Shown in pieces: positions 1-12,988 of a stretch of 64,000 bases of DNA. Every line of letters starts with the position of its first letter. Position 1 is the first letter of the stretch. The translations under genes were made by a program, and so were the position numbers. The stretch is from contig NW_003314384.1 in the NCBI RefSeq assembly GCF_000143415.4, positions 384,816 to 448,815 of the forward strand, given 5' to 3'. The notes below the pieces were generated by a model. The model was not told where the DNA came from. It did no database searches and was given only the letters and a program-made list of their open reading frames with translations. The stretch comes from Selaginella moellendorffii (lineage: Eukaryota; Plantae; Lycopodiophyta).

Positions 1-653
1 GCACCTAAAGGCAAAAGGTGGGGAGAGTACCCACGGGGCTCACGTAAGTCCACGGTGTTCCGAAATGTTGTCCCGAAGTCCCAAATGGGGGAAAAGAGGA
101 GGAGCAATCCCCGACCACTAAGTCCCATGGTCCTCTGGGGCTTCCTCACCATATGCTTGTATCCTTAGTCACTACACTAGAGCCTGTGGGCCTTGATTTA
201 GTGGCAGTGTCGGCGAACATGGCCATGGACAGAAAAGGGACTTGGTGGGGACCGGAAAAGGGACATTGGGGGAAGGTTATTCCCCATGTCTGTGGGCATC
301 CTAAGGATGCTAAGGAGTGGATCTGGGATGATCACTCATGAACGGATGGCCCACTCTTTGAGAGACGGGACTGTGATGGAGGTGGTGTCAGACCACTGGT
401 GTGACCAAGGTGAATGGGCATGGCCATAGCGTAACGGGCTAATATGTTAGTGGTACCTTGGAGTGTCGGTCATGGGATCGGTCACGTGGAGCACTTGGAC
501 CAAGTGCAAAGGTTGAGTGGCGGGGATGCCATTCTCGGGGCTAGCAAGCCCAAATCTGAAATAGGACTTATGGAGGTTGTGAGTGAAACTCGTCCAAGTG
601 GTCAGAGGTGTGGTTAAGTGACTAAAGTAGAATGGAAAAATTAGTCGCTTACA
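1..653 (+). mobile_element. 3' part of a solo LTR (duplicate of 16870-17522)
   Basis: Matches 16870-17522 at offset 16869; ends ...AATTAGTCGCTTACA followed by CCATA, the same TSD as the 15998-17522 copy. Confidence 0.9.
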
Positions 654-1290
654 CCATATCCTTGATCACTACACCAAAGAATTGCCCCTCTTCCTTTCCA
701 CAATCTAGGATTTTGGGATAACATTTTGGAACACTGTGGCCCTATGCAAGCCTCATGGGTACTCTCCCCACTTTCTACCTTTGGGTGTTCTAGCCATAGA
801 GCTAGAGCAAGGTTCTATTGAGCCATGCCAAATTGGCTTTTCTTTATTGAGAGTCAATGACTATTGAAAAATGAATGTCCTTATATTCCAAACCATCACC
901 ATACCCTAGTGAGTTGGGACTTGAACCCAAACACTAAAAAGTTAGGACTTGAACCCAACCTCCGCATATGCATCTATGGGCGGCATCACCTAGGATTCCT
1001 AGCATGACTCCTAACATCAATGCACCAACTTATACCCAAAGCAAGTTACAAATCACAATTTAGGAACTTAGTTCCTCCAAACTGTCAAGTCCTCTCACTT
1101 GATAAGTCTGTGATCATGCATAGACTCCTCTATACTTGGCCCTATAGGCCACCCTTTTTGAAGTTAGCACCTTTAACTAGGGTCATTGTTCCCTTGACTT
1201 GCCAATCTCACTTAGTAAGTCATTTGACTAGCATAACATGGTTTTATATATAAGCATGAAACTTCTCAACCATTGACTTTCGTTCAAAGC
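654..1290 (-). mobile_element. Degenerate reverse-oriented fragment of the same LTR family (LTR piece plus internal-region piece)
   Basis: 654-830 is the reverse complement of LTR sequence; ~838-1290 resembles the reverse complement of internal region ~33240-33690. Confidence 0.7.
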
Positions 1291-2551
1291 TATCTTTTTT
1301 AACATTGATCCTTTAGGACTATTCCTTGATTCCAATGTCGTTTGCTAATTGTAATTATATTTTGTAGTTTAACATTTTTATTGGATGAAACTGGAAAGAA
1401 TGCAAACTTAACATGAGCTGGAGTTGGTTTATCTGGATCTTTTATAAAATAGATATTAATTACATTAATACATTGACGTGTGGAACAATTGCTAGACAAA
1501 GTGACTTTTGTCAATACACCAGTGTGAAATGGTTGCACATATTCTAAGCATCTTTCCAACTAACACCATAATTGTTTGATACAAGTGATACAAAATGATG
1601 CTATGTCACAATCAATGTTTTTTATGGGAAGGGGAGGTTCTAGCTTAGGATAGTATAATATGTGGAAGTAAATAAAACTTATAATATAAAATATATTTAT
1701 AATTTTTGTTTATTGTTTCCACATAAATGTGAAGCTTGGGCTTTTTTTCACAAAGAAAAAAATCATAAGACACTCATTTAAGTATTTAAATTTAAATTTT
1801 TAATATTAAAATTATTTTTTTTAAATTTTTTTTACAATGATGCAACTTAAAAAAATTTATGTTTGTGCTTGCAAACACAATAACATATGAGTGAATTGTT
1901 TTTAAAGATTTGCTCAAATTTAGATCTGAAATTTTTAAATATGATTATATTTACTTACAGAATGCTAAAATAAGGGAGCTAATTGATTAGAATTTAGAAC
2001 ATATGAGACAAAAAAATAAATGTAAATTAATTTTTCAACTACATAAATAAGTTTTCATATATATTTCTTTCATCATGAAAGGCATACACAAAAAAAAACC
2101 TTTAAAAAAAACTATAAACCTTCGCAAATGTAACTATTAAATTGTTAAAAACTCATTTGTTATATCAATTTTAAGAATTTTTAGCATTGAAACTTTTTTT
2201 AAAAATTCAAATAAACTAATGTGTTTTATGTTCACAAGATTATGAAAATATTTATAGGCCGTAAATTTTGAGCATATAATTACTAGGAAATGCAAACTAA
2301 GCACTTAGGTTTTAAGTGCTACATGAAAAACATAATATTATGTTTTGTAGCACAAAAACAAAAATCATAATATAATTTCACTATTAGGAACCTAACAAAT
2401 TCTAAAAATATTTTAAAAGATTCTAGAAGGTTCTAAAAGTTTCGTGGATTATTCTAAAATATTCTTAAAAGCTAGATTCTAAAGAAATATTCCTAGAATA
2501 TTTCTAATAAAAGTTAGAAGAAAATATTCCTAAAAGAATGCAACATGGGGA

Positions 2552-3060
2552 TTAGAAACAAGCAGCATGCGCACCAGCTAGTTTGAAGTATGATTGCGTT
2601 ATTGCAACAAGTATCATGATCAATCCATCTAGGTTGTTTGAGTGTGCTTCCCATACCTGGAAATCTCTGCAATTCCACCCAAAACGCTTCCAATACAGGC
2701 TTCTGAGCTCCCCCGTTCGCTTAGACTTGTTCATTTTTGCATGTCTGTAGACATGTTGGTTCTTGTTTGTTGCGGCAACTAAAAACTTTCCAATTTCCAA
2801 GACACATTTGTACAAATCCAATTCTTCCAACATCCTAACCAGTCCGAAGGCAGCACCTTGGTGGAATCTTCATGCGGCTTTATTCCTCCCCACCATATAC
2901 TCAAAATCATCCTCATTGAATTCCATGGTGTAGCAATGTCACTAGCTGAAACCTTATGTGCCTGCGCATTTCAAATTCGCCCAAAGCGAAATCCATGTAA
3001 GTCAGCCTATATTGAAGTTGAGTTAGTATTGCTCCTTGTGGATAACACTCTGATGAAGCT
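2552..3060 (-). pseudogene. Possible hAT transposase C-terminal (dimerisation-region) remnant; copy at 19421-19929
   Basis: YWKRFGWNCRDFQ resembles the hAT WWxxxGxxxPxLQ motif; AT-rich TTCTAGAA-type repeats lie nearby (2395-2535). Weak. Confidence 0.3.
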
Positions 3061-3209
3061 CATTTTAAGTTTAACAAAGCTTCACAATTGCATCTTTTTA
3101 TTGAAATCAAGTACAAGCGCACCACACAATTATTCCCATGATCAATCATCCTTGTCAAGTTAGACCAGCAAGACAAGGCATGATTATACATACGACTGCT
3201 ATATATATA

Positions 3210-5024
3210 TCATGTAGGACATGAACAAGCGTTGACGCTCATGTTGACATCACCACCAGCTGCAGCAACAATACTTGTTGGAGCATCCGCAACAGCTTCA
3301 GCCTGGTTCCACATGACCACCCAGCCGCCTCTGCAATCCTTGTCATCGTCGTAACCTTTGCATGAACATGATGCCGAGTCATATTTGCAGCTGTTGTTCA
3401 CACCATCCCAGGTGCCTCCCTGTGAGGTGGTACGAGTTGTAGCCCGACCATTGGAATCCAGCACAATACAAGAATCTCCGTAGCAGTAGCAAGTGAAGCC
3501 AATTCCTCCAACATGACAGTCGTCGTCGTTCTTGCACCCCTCACAAGCCCTGTGGCACTCAAAGTGCTTCGAGTCCCCAGAAATGTCCTTGACAGCTACA
3601 AACTGCTGCAGGATCACACTACCGCGCGGAGTGCTCTTGGTCAGGCACTGGAATCCCCAGTAGCCCTGGTAGTAAGCCTGTAAGTTCCTGCCCACTTGCC
3701 ACTGGCTACTCCCAACAGGGAAACGCCTGAGCACAACTTCCCATATGGGAGTGAACTTGTACTGCACAGCCAAGCTGCTGGTTGCTCCCTCCTCCATGAA
3801 CGTGAACATCAGTTCCTTGCTCCGGTCCTGAGTGAGTTTTGCTCGAGTCTCGGGAGTACCACCTTTCACAAACAGCTTGTTGTGCATTTCCAAGTTCGCC
3901 GACTCCCGCTTGCTCTCCTGGCTTACACCCGCACAGCCTTCCACCCCGGACTGAAGCCCCTCCAGCTTTAGGCACGCCTGGGCCTTGAACTGCTGCTGCG
4001 AGTAGGATTTGGAAGACTTGGCGCTGCTCCATTGCTGCAGCAAGGAGCCCGTGTAGATGGTCGAGATGTAGTGCGAGCCCCACTTTGACAAAAACTGTTG
4101 GAAAGGTGTCCAGCTGCTGCTTACTCCTGGCTCAGCCACCTCCACAGGCAACGTCTGCAGCTCCTCGAAAAACTTGGGATTCAGAGGCAGGTGGTCCACC
4201 TTGTTGCTGTTAAGGGTCTTCATCTTGGAAATAGAGACCGCGTCCAAGGACAGTGCTGAGATCTCTTGCTCCCCGGCACTGATTGAGTTGAAGGTGCTCT
4301 GTAGTGTTGCAGAAACTGCTTGATAGTTCCCAGAGATGCTGGCTTCCGCACCAAGCTGCACCCCCCAATTGCAAATTGTCATTAATGACATACACTGTCA
4401 CATCTCAGCAAAGACTTCTTGTTGAGTTTTGCAACATACGTACCGACATGTAGAACCTCTCTGTGCTCTCATAGAAGCTCGTCTGGTAGTCAACTTTGTT
4501 CACATCCAAGATGATCACTGCATCTTCATTCAGGTTGGAAAAGATGTTGAGACCGCCAGCTTGGGTTTCCAGAATGTTGGCTCTGGGGAGGTAGACCCCG
4601 GTCCCCAGAGAACCCTCTGTTCAAAATGTTCAAAATGCAAGTTGGTCAACTACAGTGCTACCTACCAATTCAGGCTTACCTTGCTCTCCAAGCAGTTGGA
4701 GTAGCTCCCCAGCCGAAAGCACCAGCCCGCCTTGCTGAGGAACGGTGGTAGCCTTGGACAGGGAAACACTCATGTCTGTCTTGTTAACCGTCGACCACTC
4801 CAGGCCTCTGTTGTCCAGAGCATCCAGCAGCACATTGTTTGGCTGCACCAGCACCAGGAGGCCTCCCTTGGGAATGGGAGTTTCCGCACTTTTGCTGCTG
4901 GCGAAGAACGCCAATATGCAAAAGAGAAAGAACAGTGCTGCTAGCTCGTGATACCTGGAAAACTGGTTAGTGGCAACACAATGGCACTGGAGAGAGTGCA
5001 TAGCTACCTTTTAAGAAATGCCAT
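3210..5024 (-). CDS. Secreted MACPF/perforin-like protein with Cys-rich C-terminus, 536 aa, 4 exons (5024-5008, 4954-4680, 4616-4444, 4355-3210)
   Basis: GT-AG introns of 53, 63 and 88 nt give one open frame starting MAFLKRYHELAALFFLFCILAFFASSKSA (signal peptide-like); MACPF signature FLSKWGSHYISTIYTGS; VKGG motif; Cys-rich tail CEGCKNDDDCH...CYCYGDSC. Confidence 0.88.
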
Positions 5025-5681
5025 GGTTGAGATTGAACTTGATGAATTTGCTGAATATGCTGAATACATGAATGCCTTGTGTCCATCATCCAATTTATAC
5101 TGCCTCTGCTACGGTTCAAACCCCACTGTACCTTTTTCTAAAATCACTGTACCCTTTTCGCCTTGGGTCATGGCAAGCATGCTTCTAATTTTCAAGCTTG
5201 ATTTAATCACGTGCCTGAACATACGGAGGCATCCATCCCTCGTGTTGATCAGGCTAAATGCGCTGGTGTTAGTTTTGTAAGTGAATCCCCAAGCCACATA
5301 AAGAATATGGAAGCAACTGTAGCCTTCTCACCTGTGTCCATTAATCGTTGAAGCTATTTGATATAGTCGAGTAGTTGTACTTGCACCAAGAACTAATGGA
5401 CGCCCGTAGTCCTGGAAACGTATTATTTTTACAGATCTCACTGCTTGTCCTTCAACACAAAAGTGGAACAAAGTCAGAATCACTAACAGACTAAAACAAA
5501 AGGGCGTATAAACCTTATTTCAGGTACCTGGATTGGCATGCAAAAGACTCTTAACACACGCACAACTTGAGCTCCCGCTTCCAAACTACGCTAGTCGGTC
5601 TGTCATTGCCTCTCACTGTGCAGTGTCCTGTCCAGAATGATCCCCCGATTCTCAGGACCGTTTCCAGCGGAAGCTGGAATG

Positions 5682-5924
5682 TCAGATATAATCAGGACAC
5701 TTTATCTGTCTGCTAACCTCGCAGAGAATCTCAGCAGCATTAATTTGCGCCAGTGGATCATCTGCCTTTCGAAGTTCCTTTTCTAAGACAGAGAAAATGC
5801 CGGGACTGCGTACTTTCTCAGCAGCTAGTTGTGGTGCAGATGCAGAGTCATTTGCTACATACTTGAGGAGAGGTTCCTGGGATAGAAATTCAAGACATAC
5901 TAGTTCAACGGGTGACTTAGCCAA
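5682..5924 (-). pseudogene. Gene fragment, possibly 26S proteasome chaperone S5b/PSMD5-like; copy at 22551-22793
   Basis: SPGIFSVLEKELRKADDPLAQINAAEILCE recalls the PSMD5 LxxEL...DxLxxxNxxELL repeat and is followed by a GTTAG donor; no complete gene visible. Confidence 0.35.
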
Positions 5925-6704
5925 AATGCACCAGCTGCTTGCGCCACAGTAGAGTCCCTGGCAAAGCGAAACTATTGAGCTCGATTTGTTAATTAGAATA
6001 TGTATGTACTCATTAGATAAAGTGCCTCACTAAAGGATGAACAATGCCAAAAGCTGCTTAGGCAATGCAGTTTCGGCAGAGCTTGGATTGCCATTTTAAT
6101 GTCAAGGAATTTGGCTATCTGTATGAGTAGACACAGAAAAATCAGCTAATGAACCCACTAGAAAAAGAGAAAAGCTGTCTCACTGAGTTGCACTTGCACG
6201 TAAGCTTTCGTCTCGGGGTGGTCACTCTTTATAAGCATTATATATCATCTGCATTCTGGAAGTTTAGAATAGGGCCTAGTATACTTTTCTTGTTGTTCAT
6301 AATTTGCCCCATACATATATGCATTTTTTCAAATCTTAAATAAACCCCCAATTCTTATATATATGTGGAATATTCTGGTTATTTTTGTATAAAGCATATA
6401 TATATTTCCATTAATATAAAAAAATTATTTCACCCTTCTATGACAATTGATATTCTTGCTTTTATCTTTGATGAAATTATCAAAAACTTCCCTATCATGT
6501 TGTGGAAGCAAATATCTCTCGACTTCTGGATGATATGATAATGATGCCAAAGCAATCAAACTTGTCAGTTCCACTAGCATATTATCAGGAAGGTTGTATG
6601 TATATCATGAATTCCCTTCATCATCAGCTTCTGGAGCATCACATTCCTTGTAGTAGCATAGGTTCATTTGAAAATCAGCAGAATCAACTGGAAGATTAGT
6701 TAAT

Positions 6705-8114
6705 TCAAGCACTTCCCTTGTGTCCCTCTAGGTATTGTTCACTTTTTTCCTCATGGAAAGAATTCGACCAACATATTAAACAAACTTCAAATGACTTCCT
6801 TCCAAACCACAATGCACAATCACTCCCAATGCCAAGAGCTGTTTGTGCACTAAGATTTCTTCCTGGTTCATAAACTGTCAAGTTATTCTTCACCCGTGTG
6901 AGCCGGTCTTTGGAGAGAAATGGATTTCCATTTAGCTGAGAAACGATGGTTGACTTGCAGATTTTCTTCCTGTCAACCAAAACTGTTGCTTCCACTTTTA
7001 ATGACTCAGAATCTTCAATATGATGCAGAACAGCATCAAAAGTATGCCTCAGTTCACTTGCTGCTTCAGTAGCTTCTTCAGTAGCTTCTTCTCCTACTAT
7101 ATGTTCCTCTTCAAACTAATCGACTATATCATCCTCTCTGGAATTTTCTGAAACCTTGTGAAAATCCTCAAAATCTTCAGGTTTATCCCACCAATCTCTT
7201 CCAGATATGCCAAGGCCATGAAGAAGTTCTTGTGCTTTGGCTTTACCCTGAATCAGCTCATTAACTATCAGAGCATCTGTCTCTACCGAACTGTAATCCC
7301 CTAAGTCCGCTACTACTCTCTTCCCATCATGCTCTATCTTTTCCCAAATATTTTCCTGTTTCCTGTGAGCTTTAGAGAAAAGCAATGTACCTGCTGCCTT
7401 GCATTCTGCTAGCATGTTCATATTAGTCACACTATGAACAACATCAGCTCCGTCATAACACCATTCATTCCCGATCATTCCTCCTATTTTGGAGAAAAAG
7501 TTCTTGCAAATGTCAGAACCAGTTCTATTAATTGGGACTGGCAAATGTGAATGGTGATCCCAAAAATATCTATCTCAAAAGCAAAATTAACAAAAGAAAA
7601 TTATATATGAAACATACCTGATTAGAAGGATGACAAAGTGATATGATAATTGAATGTCCAAGAAGGTTTCCTTGCTGATGAAGTTGTGTTCCAAGTTCCA
7701 CTTGCTTTCCTTCAGAATCCACAACCTCCATAAACAAAAGAAGAAGGACACCATTGATGCAGCTCTCACTCGCTCTCCAAGGCTCAAGTACGGGTGCAAA
7801 AAGATATCAATATATGATGCCACCACAGCAAGATAAGTTTCGGTCCCCAGCGTACGTGAAGGTTTTCTATATGTTGTTTCTCGCATAATTGAAAGACAAA
7901 CTTGCACTGGCCTGCTACAAAGTCGCTGAGCAGCACCCCAGTTTTGTTTATCAGAGTGCCTGACATCCCCAAGTGGCAGTCTGTGTTTACCATGAAACTT
8001 TTCAAAAACTTCCCAAATGTCATTCAAATGCACAAACTCATCCCCTAGAAACAGTTGTCTTATTGCACTATGCAATGGACTTCTTCCCATTATGCACATG
8101 TATCAAAAGGTTCC
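6705..8114 (-). pseudogene. 3' half of a P-element/THAP9-like transposase, truncated at 8114 by a LINE fragment
   Basis: Motifs GDVRHSDKQNWGAAQRLC and TGSDICKNFFSKIGG (D.xE.xFS-like, E changed to K); near-identical to 25843-27252. Confidence 0.65.
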
Positions 8115-9600
8115 AAGTCCCCTCCCAAAACCAAACAAAGAATAGTGTTAGAAGGGTGCCACTGCAAATGGATCTCATCATCAATCACCCTGCTAAAACA
8201 TGGGAGCCATCTGGTTCGCCACTTCCCCAAATGATCAGGCTTTGCCCATTCCTTTAGGATGACATAGTGGAGGTGAATAGGTGCCAGAGTAAATCTCCAC
8301 CATGTGGCCACAATAGCAAATACTCTTGCTTGTTACCCATCAAAGTGGTGGTGGTTACACACCTCCTAGATTGTTTGTAATCTTGTTGCTCTCCATACTG
8401 GCCAGCATTTATGGCCCATTGCCTCCTAGACCAATGTTCCGACCTCAACACCAATCTCATCCCATTGGACTCACATCTTCCAACCATGTCATCCATGACA
8501 TATGATGTGCCTCCAAGCTGGACTTTGTGGCTGGGCCACGTGCTCCTTTGAACCAGTGGAGCATATTGCCACACCTTGCTTCAAACTCTTGAATGTCCCC
8601 TATCTCATGAGCTACCTTGAGAATTTATTGCCATACTTACTTTCCCATGTCACATTCCCACAGTGCGTGCTCGGCTTGCATCGTCCTAGAACTGTTGTCC
8701 TATTGGAGCCAAAAGTGATTTTGACTTTCTTTTGAATTGGCAGCTTCTAGAAATCTAACATATTGTCCACCATCTGGTTTGTGTCAACTCCTTGCTTGAT
8801 TCATTTTCTCCATAACTTTAGGATCTCTCCACATGCCTCCTCTCTATTCATCAACAAACCATCCCATGCCTCCACCTCAAAGGAGAAGAAACTGTTCAAA
8901 CTTCACCTCCATTCTGTAGGATCCCAATCCAAGTCTTTGATCAGTTGCTGATGCCACCACTTGAGTGTGCCATTCCCCTCAAGTGGGTTGGTGATTGCAT
9001 AATGACTAGCTATTTTGGTGCCTAGTGAAGCACTCAAATCCTCCCCTTGACCTTGTCATTAGTCACCATCAGCATGTACTACTCTTCTCCCATTGGTAGC
9101 AGCATATCCTCCCTTGTCACCTAGAAGGGGCAACCTACATAGAGAGACTATGAACTAAACTTCCACATCGCCATCTCCCCATGCTAGTGATGGGGCCATG
9201 AACACTTGAGTCCACGTGCAGCTTAACTCGTTCTCCATCTGGCTCAATCTCCCATTGCAGCATTACAAAGTCCCTGGGTTTAAAGCACCTTCTCGGCCAA
9301 GGTTGTTCCCTCTTTGCCTCAACCATGGAGGATTTTAGATCTACATGAACTTTGCAACTCTTGCTTGGGTTGAAGACTTGCATCCTCTTTGTGGTCTTCC
9401 TGCAGACCTTGTCCAACACTCCCATAAGCTGTTTCAGTGTCCAAAAGCCCCCTATGTGCAGCTTCTTCAATATCGTGTAGTGGTCCTCTCTAACCAGCAT
9501 TTGGTTACCAGCCCTGAACAATTCGTTAAAGAATAATGGCTGGTTCAGTCAATCCTCCAAATTTGAGCTTGCATTCCTCGTCCATATATGGAGGCTAACA
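8115..9600 (-). mobile_element. L1-like LINE 3' fragment (post-RT region and zf-RVT); partial copy at 23462-24345
   Basis: WLNQPLFFNELFRAG, WPRRCFKPRDFV and WWRFTLAPI segments are homologous to the LINE ORF2 ends at 40285-42400 and 59920-62135. Confidence 0.75.
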
Positions 9601-10328
9601 CTAAAAAGAAAAACTCGCTGAACGAGTGTAGCTTATTGCCCCCTTTTCCATTTCTTCAGATTTTTCTTCAGCTCTTCTATAGCTTCTAGTAATTCATCAT
9701 TCATGGTACCAGCTAGCCTTTCACCGGCCCAAACAGTTGACAAAGGTGGAACCTACAGAACAAACCACATAACATATGACTTTCAAAGCTTACCATAGCT
9801 TTTTCTTTGGAATGTTCACTCAGGCTTACTTCTTTGAAGGCCAGCTCTCCTGCTCATGGGCATGGTTGGTCCCAACCACGTTCAGCCAGAATCCTGACCG
9901 CCGCCGAATATGGTCAGCCGAATGCAGTCGGACAGTTCCGTTCGGCAAAAAAAATGGTGATCGCACTCACAGGGGCTAGATTTCTGATGCTGCTACAGCT
10001 ATCGCCATTGCCACTGCATCTCCACTGCTTTGCTGTTCTCCTGCTGCTATGTATGGAGCGATCCATCCATCCACAAATGCCCAGCCCAGCAAGCCTATAT
10101 AGAATCTGATGAAGAGGGCTATAGCCTATAGGAGCTGCATGCATACCAAGCTCTACAGGGCAACACTCTCCAGTCGGTCAGCCTTTGCTTTCGATTGAGC
10201 ATGGAGCAGCTTGCTGAGGCCTCGCAAATCACCTAGTCCACAACGCTTGAAATTTTTGCCCTAAAATGGAAATTACGATTCCAGTGATTTCAGAGATTTG
10301 ATTCTAGCAATTCTGGCACAATTGAGCA

Positions 10329-10601
10329 ATGGTGCCCGATTGGGCATGGTCCCATGTTACCAAGTTCACTCCTTATGCTTCCAGCAAAGGAGTTGGGTGT
10401 TGGAAATGTAATTATTGTGGAAAAATGTATGGTGGTCTGCCAAAACGAATTAAGGCACATTTTGCTAAAATTTCTGGGCATGATATTGAAGCATGTAGTG
10501 CTTCAAATGTGTCTCTTCATGTTCAGAACCAAATTCACCAAATGTTTATGGAGAAAATTGCAAATACCCCTTTGTCTTTAGTTTCTACAACAAATCTATA
10601 G
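10329..10601 (+). pseudogene. BED zinc-finger N-terminus of the hAT transposase; copy at 25074-25346
   Basis: DWAWSHV...WKCNYCGKMYGGLPKRIKAHFAKISGHDIEAC fits the W..CxxC..H..C BED pattern; catalytic core absent; acidic tail at 12384-12605. Confidence 0.8.
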
Positions 10602-10683
10602 AGTAGGCATTTTGATGGAGCATTTGTTGGTTTATGGTGTATGTAGAAGTTGGTTTATGTACACAGTAACACCAGAGTGGTGG

Positions 10684-12382
10684 TGTGAGACACAAAATCC
10701 CTAGGCCCCAAAGTGGAGCCGGAAAGGGTGCCATGTGGTAGTGGCCGAAGCGAAAGCCCAAACGAGTGTAACACGTTTGGACTAAAAGCTCTGACTTGGA
10801 AGGTTGAGAGCGGAAGTGGAACTCCCAACAAAGTGCTCAAGGAGCGAGCACGAAGCGAGCAATAAGCAAGGCTCCAAAAAGGGACCCAAAAAGGACCAAC
10901 ACATGACATGTGGAAGTGTCCGAGATGGAGTCCGAGGCGGACCCTAGTTGGAGTCCGATATGGAGTCCGAGATGGACCCGAAGTGGAGTCCGAGATGGAG
11001 TCCGATATGGAGTCCGAGATGGACCCGAAGTGGAGTCCGAGGTGGACCGAGACGGAGTCCGAGATGGAGTTCGAGATGGAATCCGAGATGGAGTCCGAGA
11101 TGGACCCAAGATGGACCCGAGATGGAGTCCGAGATGGAGTCCGAGGTGGACCGAGACGGAGTCCGAGATGGACCCGAGATGGAGTCCGAGGTGGACCAAG
11201 ACGGAGTCCGAGATGGAGTCCGAAATGGACCAAGACGGAGTCTGAGATGGAGTCCGAGAAGGACCCGAGATGGAGTCCGAGGTCGAGACCGAGACTGGGA
11301 CCGAGATCGACCGAGACCAAGACCGGGACCGGGACTGAGACCGAGCCCGAGCCCGAGTCCGAGTCCGAGTCCGAGTTCGAGTTTGAGAGGGTGAAAGCCC
11401 AAAGCGTTCATCTCCCAGACCCTGGGGGGTTTGGTGAGCTCCAAAAGTATAGTAGGGGGAGGACTGTAGTGGAGCTAGTTTGGCTAGGAAAGGCCAGTTT
11501 GGCCCAAGAAGGCCAGACCCAGTGTTGGGTGATGAATTGACCACTGGGAAGTCCAAGACTAGAGTGAATACTGACCGACAAGCGGGGTAGCTTGGTGAAG
11601 TGTTCAAGAGCCGGCTCTAGTTCCCCCGGGAGATCGACTGGCCGATGCTCCCAGTCCAAGTGTGGGTGGCACTACCTACTTGGATACCAAGCATGGCTCA
11701 ACGGAACCTCGCTCTAAGCCCATGGCTAGAGCACCTAAAGGCGAAAGGTGGGGAGAGTACCCAGGTGACTTGCATAAGGCCACGGTGTTCCGAAATGTTG
11801 TCCCAAAGGCCCAGACTGTGGAAAGGAAGAGGAGCAGTCCTCTGGGCTAGTGACCAAGGACACAGTCGTGTGGTGAGGAAGTCCCAGAGGACCGTGGGAC
11901 TTAGTGGTCGGGCCGGTGGGCCTCGATCCAGTGGTAGTGTTGGTGAATACGGCCGTGGGCAGAAAGGGACTTGGTGGGGACCAGAAAAGGGATATTGGGG
12001 AAGGATATTCCCCACATCTGTGGGCATCCTAAGGATGCTAAGGAGGGGATCTGGAATGATCACTCATGGACAGATGGTCCAGTCCTTGAGAGACAGGATT
12101 GTGATGCAGGTGGTGTTAGATCACCGGTATGACCAAGGTAAAGGGGCATGGCCTTAGCGTAACGGGCTAGTATGTCGGTGGTACCTTGGGGTGTCGGTCT
12201 TGGGACCGGACACGTGGAGCACTTGGACTAAGTGCAAGGGATGAGTGGCATGGATGCCATTCTCGGGGCTAGCAAGTCCCAAGTCCTGAATTGGACTTAA
12301 GGAGGTGGTGAGTGAGACCCCTCCAAGTGGTCGAAGGCGTGGTTAAGTGACTAAAGTAGAATGGAAAAATTAATCGCTTACA
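10684..12382 (+). mobile_element. Solo LTR (1699 bp)
   Basis: TGTGAGAC...CGCTTACA termini; 5-bp TSD GGTGG on both sides; homologous to the LTRs of 29291-36823. Confidence 0.93.
10915..11385 (+). repeat. LTR-internal tandem array (GATGGAGTCCGA / GATGGACCCGA grading into GACCGA, GCCCGA, GTCCGA hexamers)
   Basis: Directly visible; equivalent arrays at ~16230-16540, ~29520-30035 and ~35315-35825. Confidence 0.95.
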
Positions 12383-12988
12383 GGTGGATTATGTTGAAAG
12401 TGAAGAAATGAAATTTCTAGAGATTAATTTCGACACAATTGCAATCAAACCACAATGGATGAGGATTATAGAGATGCAAGCTAGACTTGAATCTCTTGGT
12501 ATAGAAGATTTAGCTGAAGAAGATCTTCCAAATGAGGATGTGATTGTTGAGGAAGATGCCAGAGATGTCGAGGAACTTGCTGAGGATGTTGAAGAAGATG
12601 AGTAGTAGATGGTTTGGTTTGGTCTAATGCTTTGGTTTGGTTTGGTTTCATGCTTTGGTTTTCTTACTTTTATTAATGTGGTTTTACTAAAAAGGTATTT
12701 TTTTTATCAAAAAAAATTTGTGAACCATTTAGCCATTTGGCATTTCACAGCCGGTCGATAACCACAGTCGGCCGGTCGGCCAGTCGGCGTTTGGAACGGT
12801 CGGGACCAACCATGCTCATGGGTGTGGGTGTGGGTGTGGGTGTGTTGTCACAACCAGCCTTATGTACCCAGTGGAACACCACTCTTTAAGTTTGTGAGAG
12901 CCTTCTGAATTCACTTTCTTGTCCAGCTTCATGATGTCCAGCATTGCAAATGGGGGAGTTGCTCCTAGCACATGTCCATTTTGAACTG

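Larger units (their letters stand above)
1..6492 (+). repeat. Segmental duplication block A (copy at 16870-23361)
   Basis: The ORF track repeats exactly at offset 16869; I saw one substitution (C1613 vs T18482). Confidence 0.95.
9861..12814 (+). mobile_element. Non-autonomous hAT element (internally deleted) with a nested solo LTR
   Basis: TIRs CATGGTTGGTCCC (9861) and GGGACCAACCATG (ends 12814); perfect 8-bp TSD CTCATGGG (9853-9860 and 12815-12822); BED-finger ORF; GTCGG subterminal repeats. Confidence 0.92.

Noticed and set aside
1640-2400. Very AT-rich tract (copy at ~18510-19270)
   Set aside because: No defined repeat unit, termini or ORF; treated as ordinary intergenic or decayed transposon DNA.
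6268-6285. Possible TIR of the P-like element (ATAGGGCCTAG vs the reverse complement of ~37504-37514)
   Set aside because: The match is short and imperfect and no TSD is evident.
10655-11607. Long overlapping ORFs (SRTP/HLGL/ESEM repeats), also at 15954-16679, 29307-30262 and 35023-36101
   Set aside because: They are by-products of stop-poor tandem repeats inside the LTRs, open in several frames on both strands.
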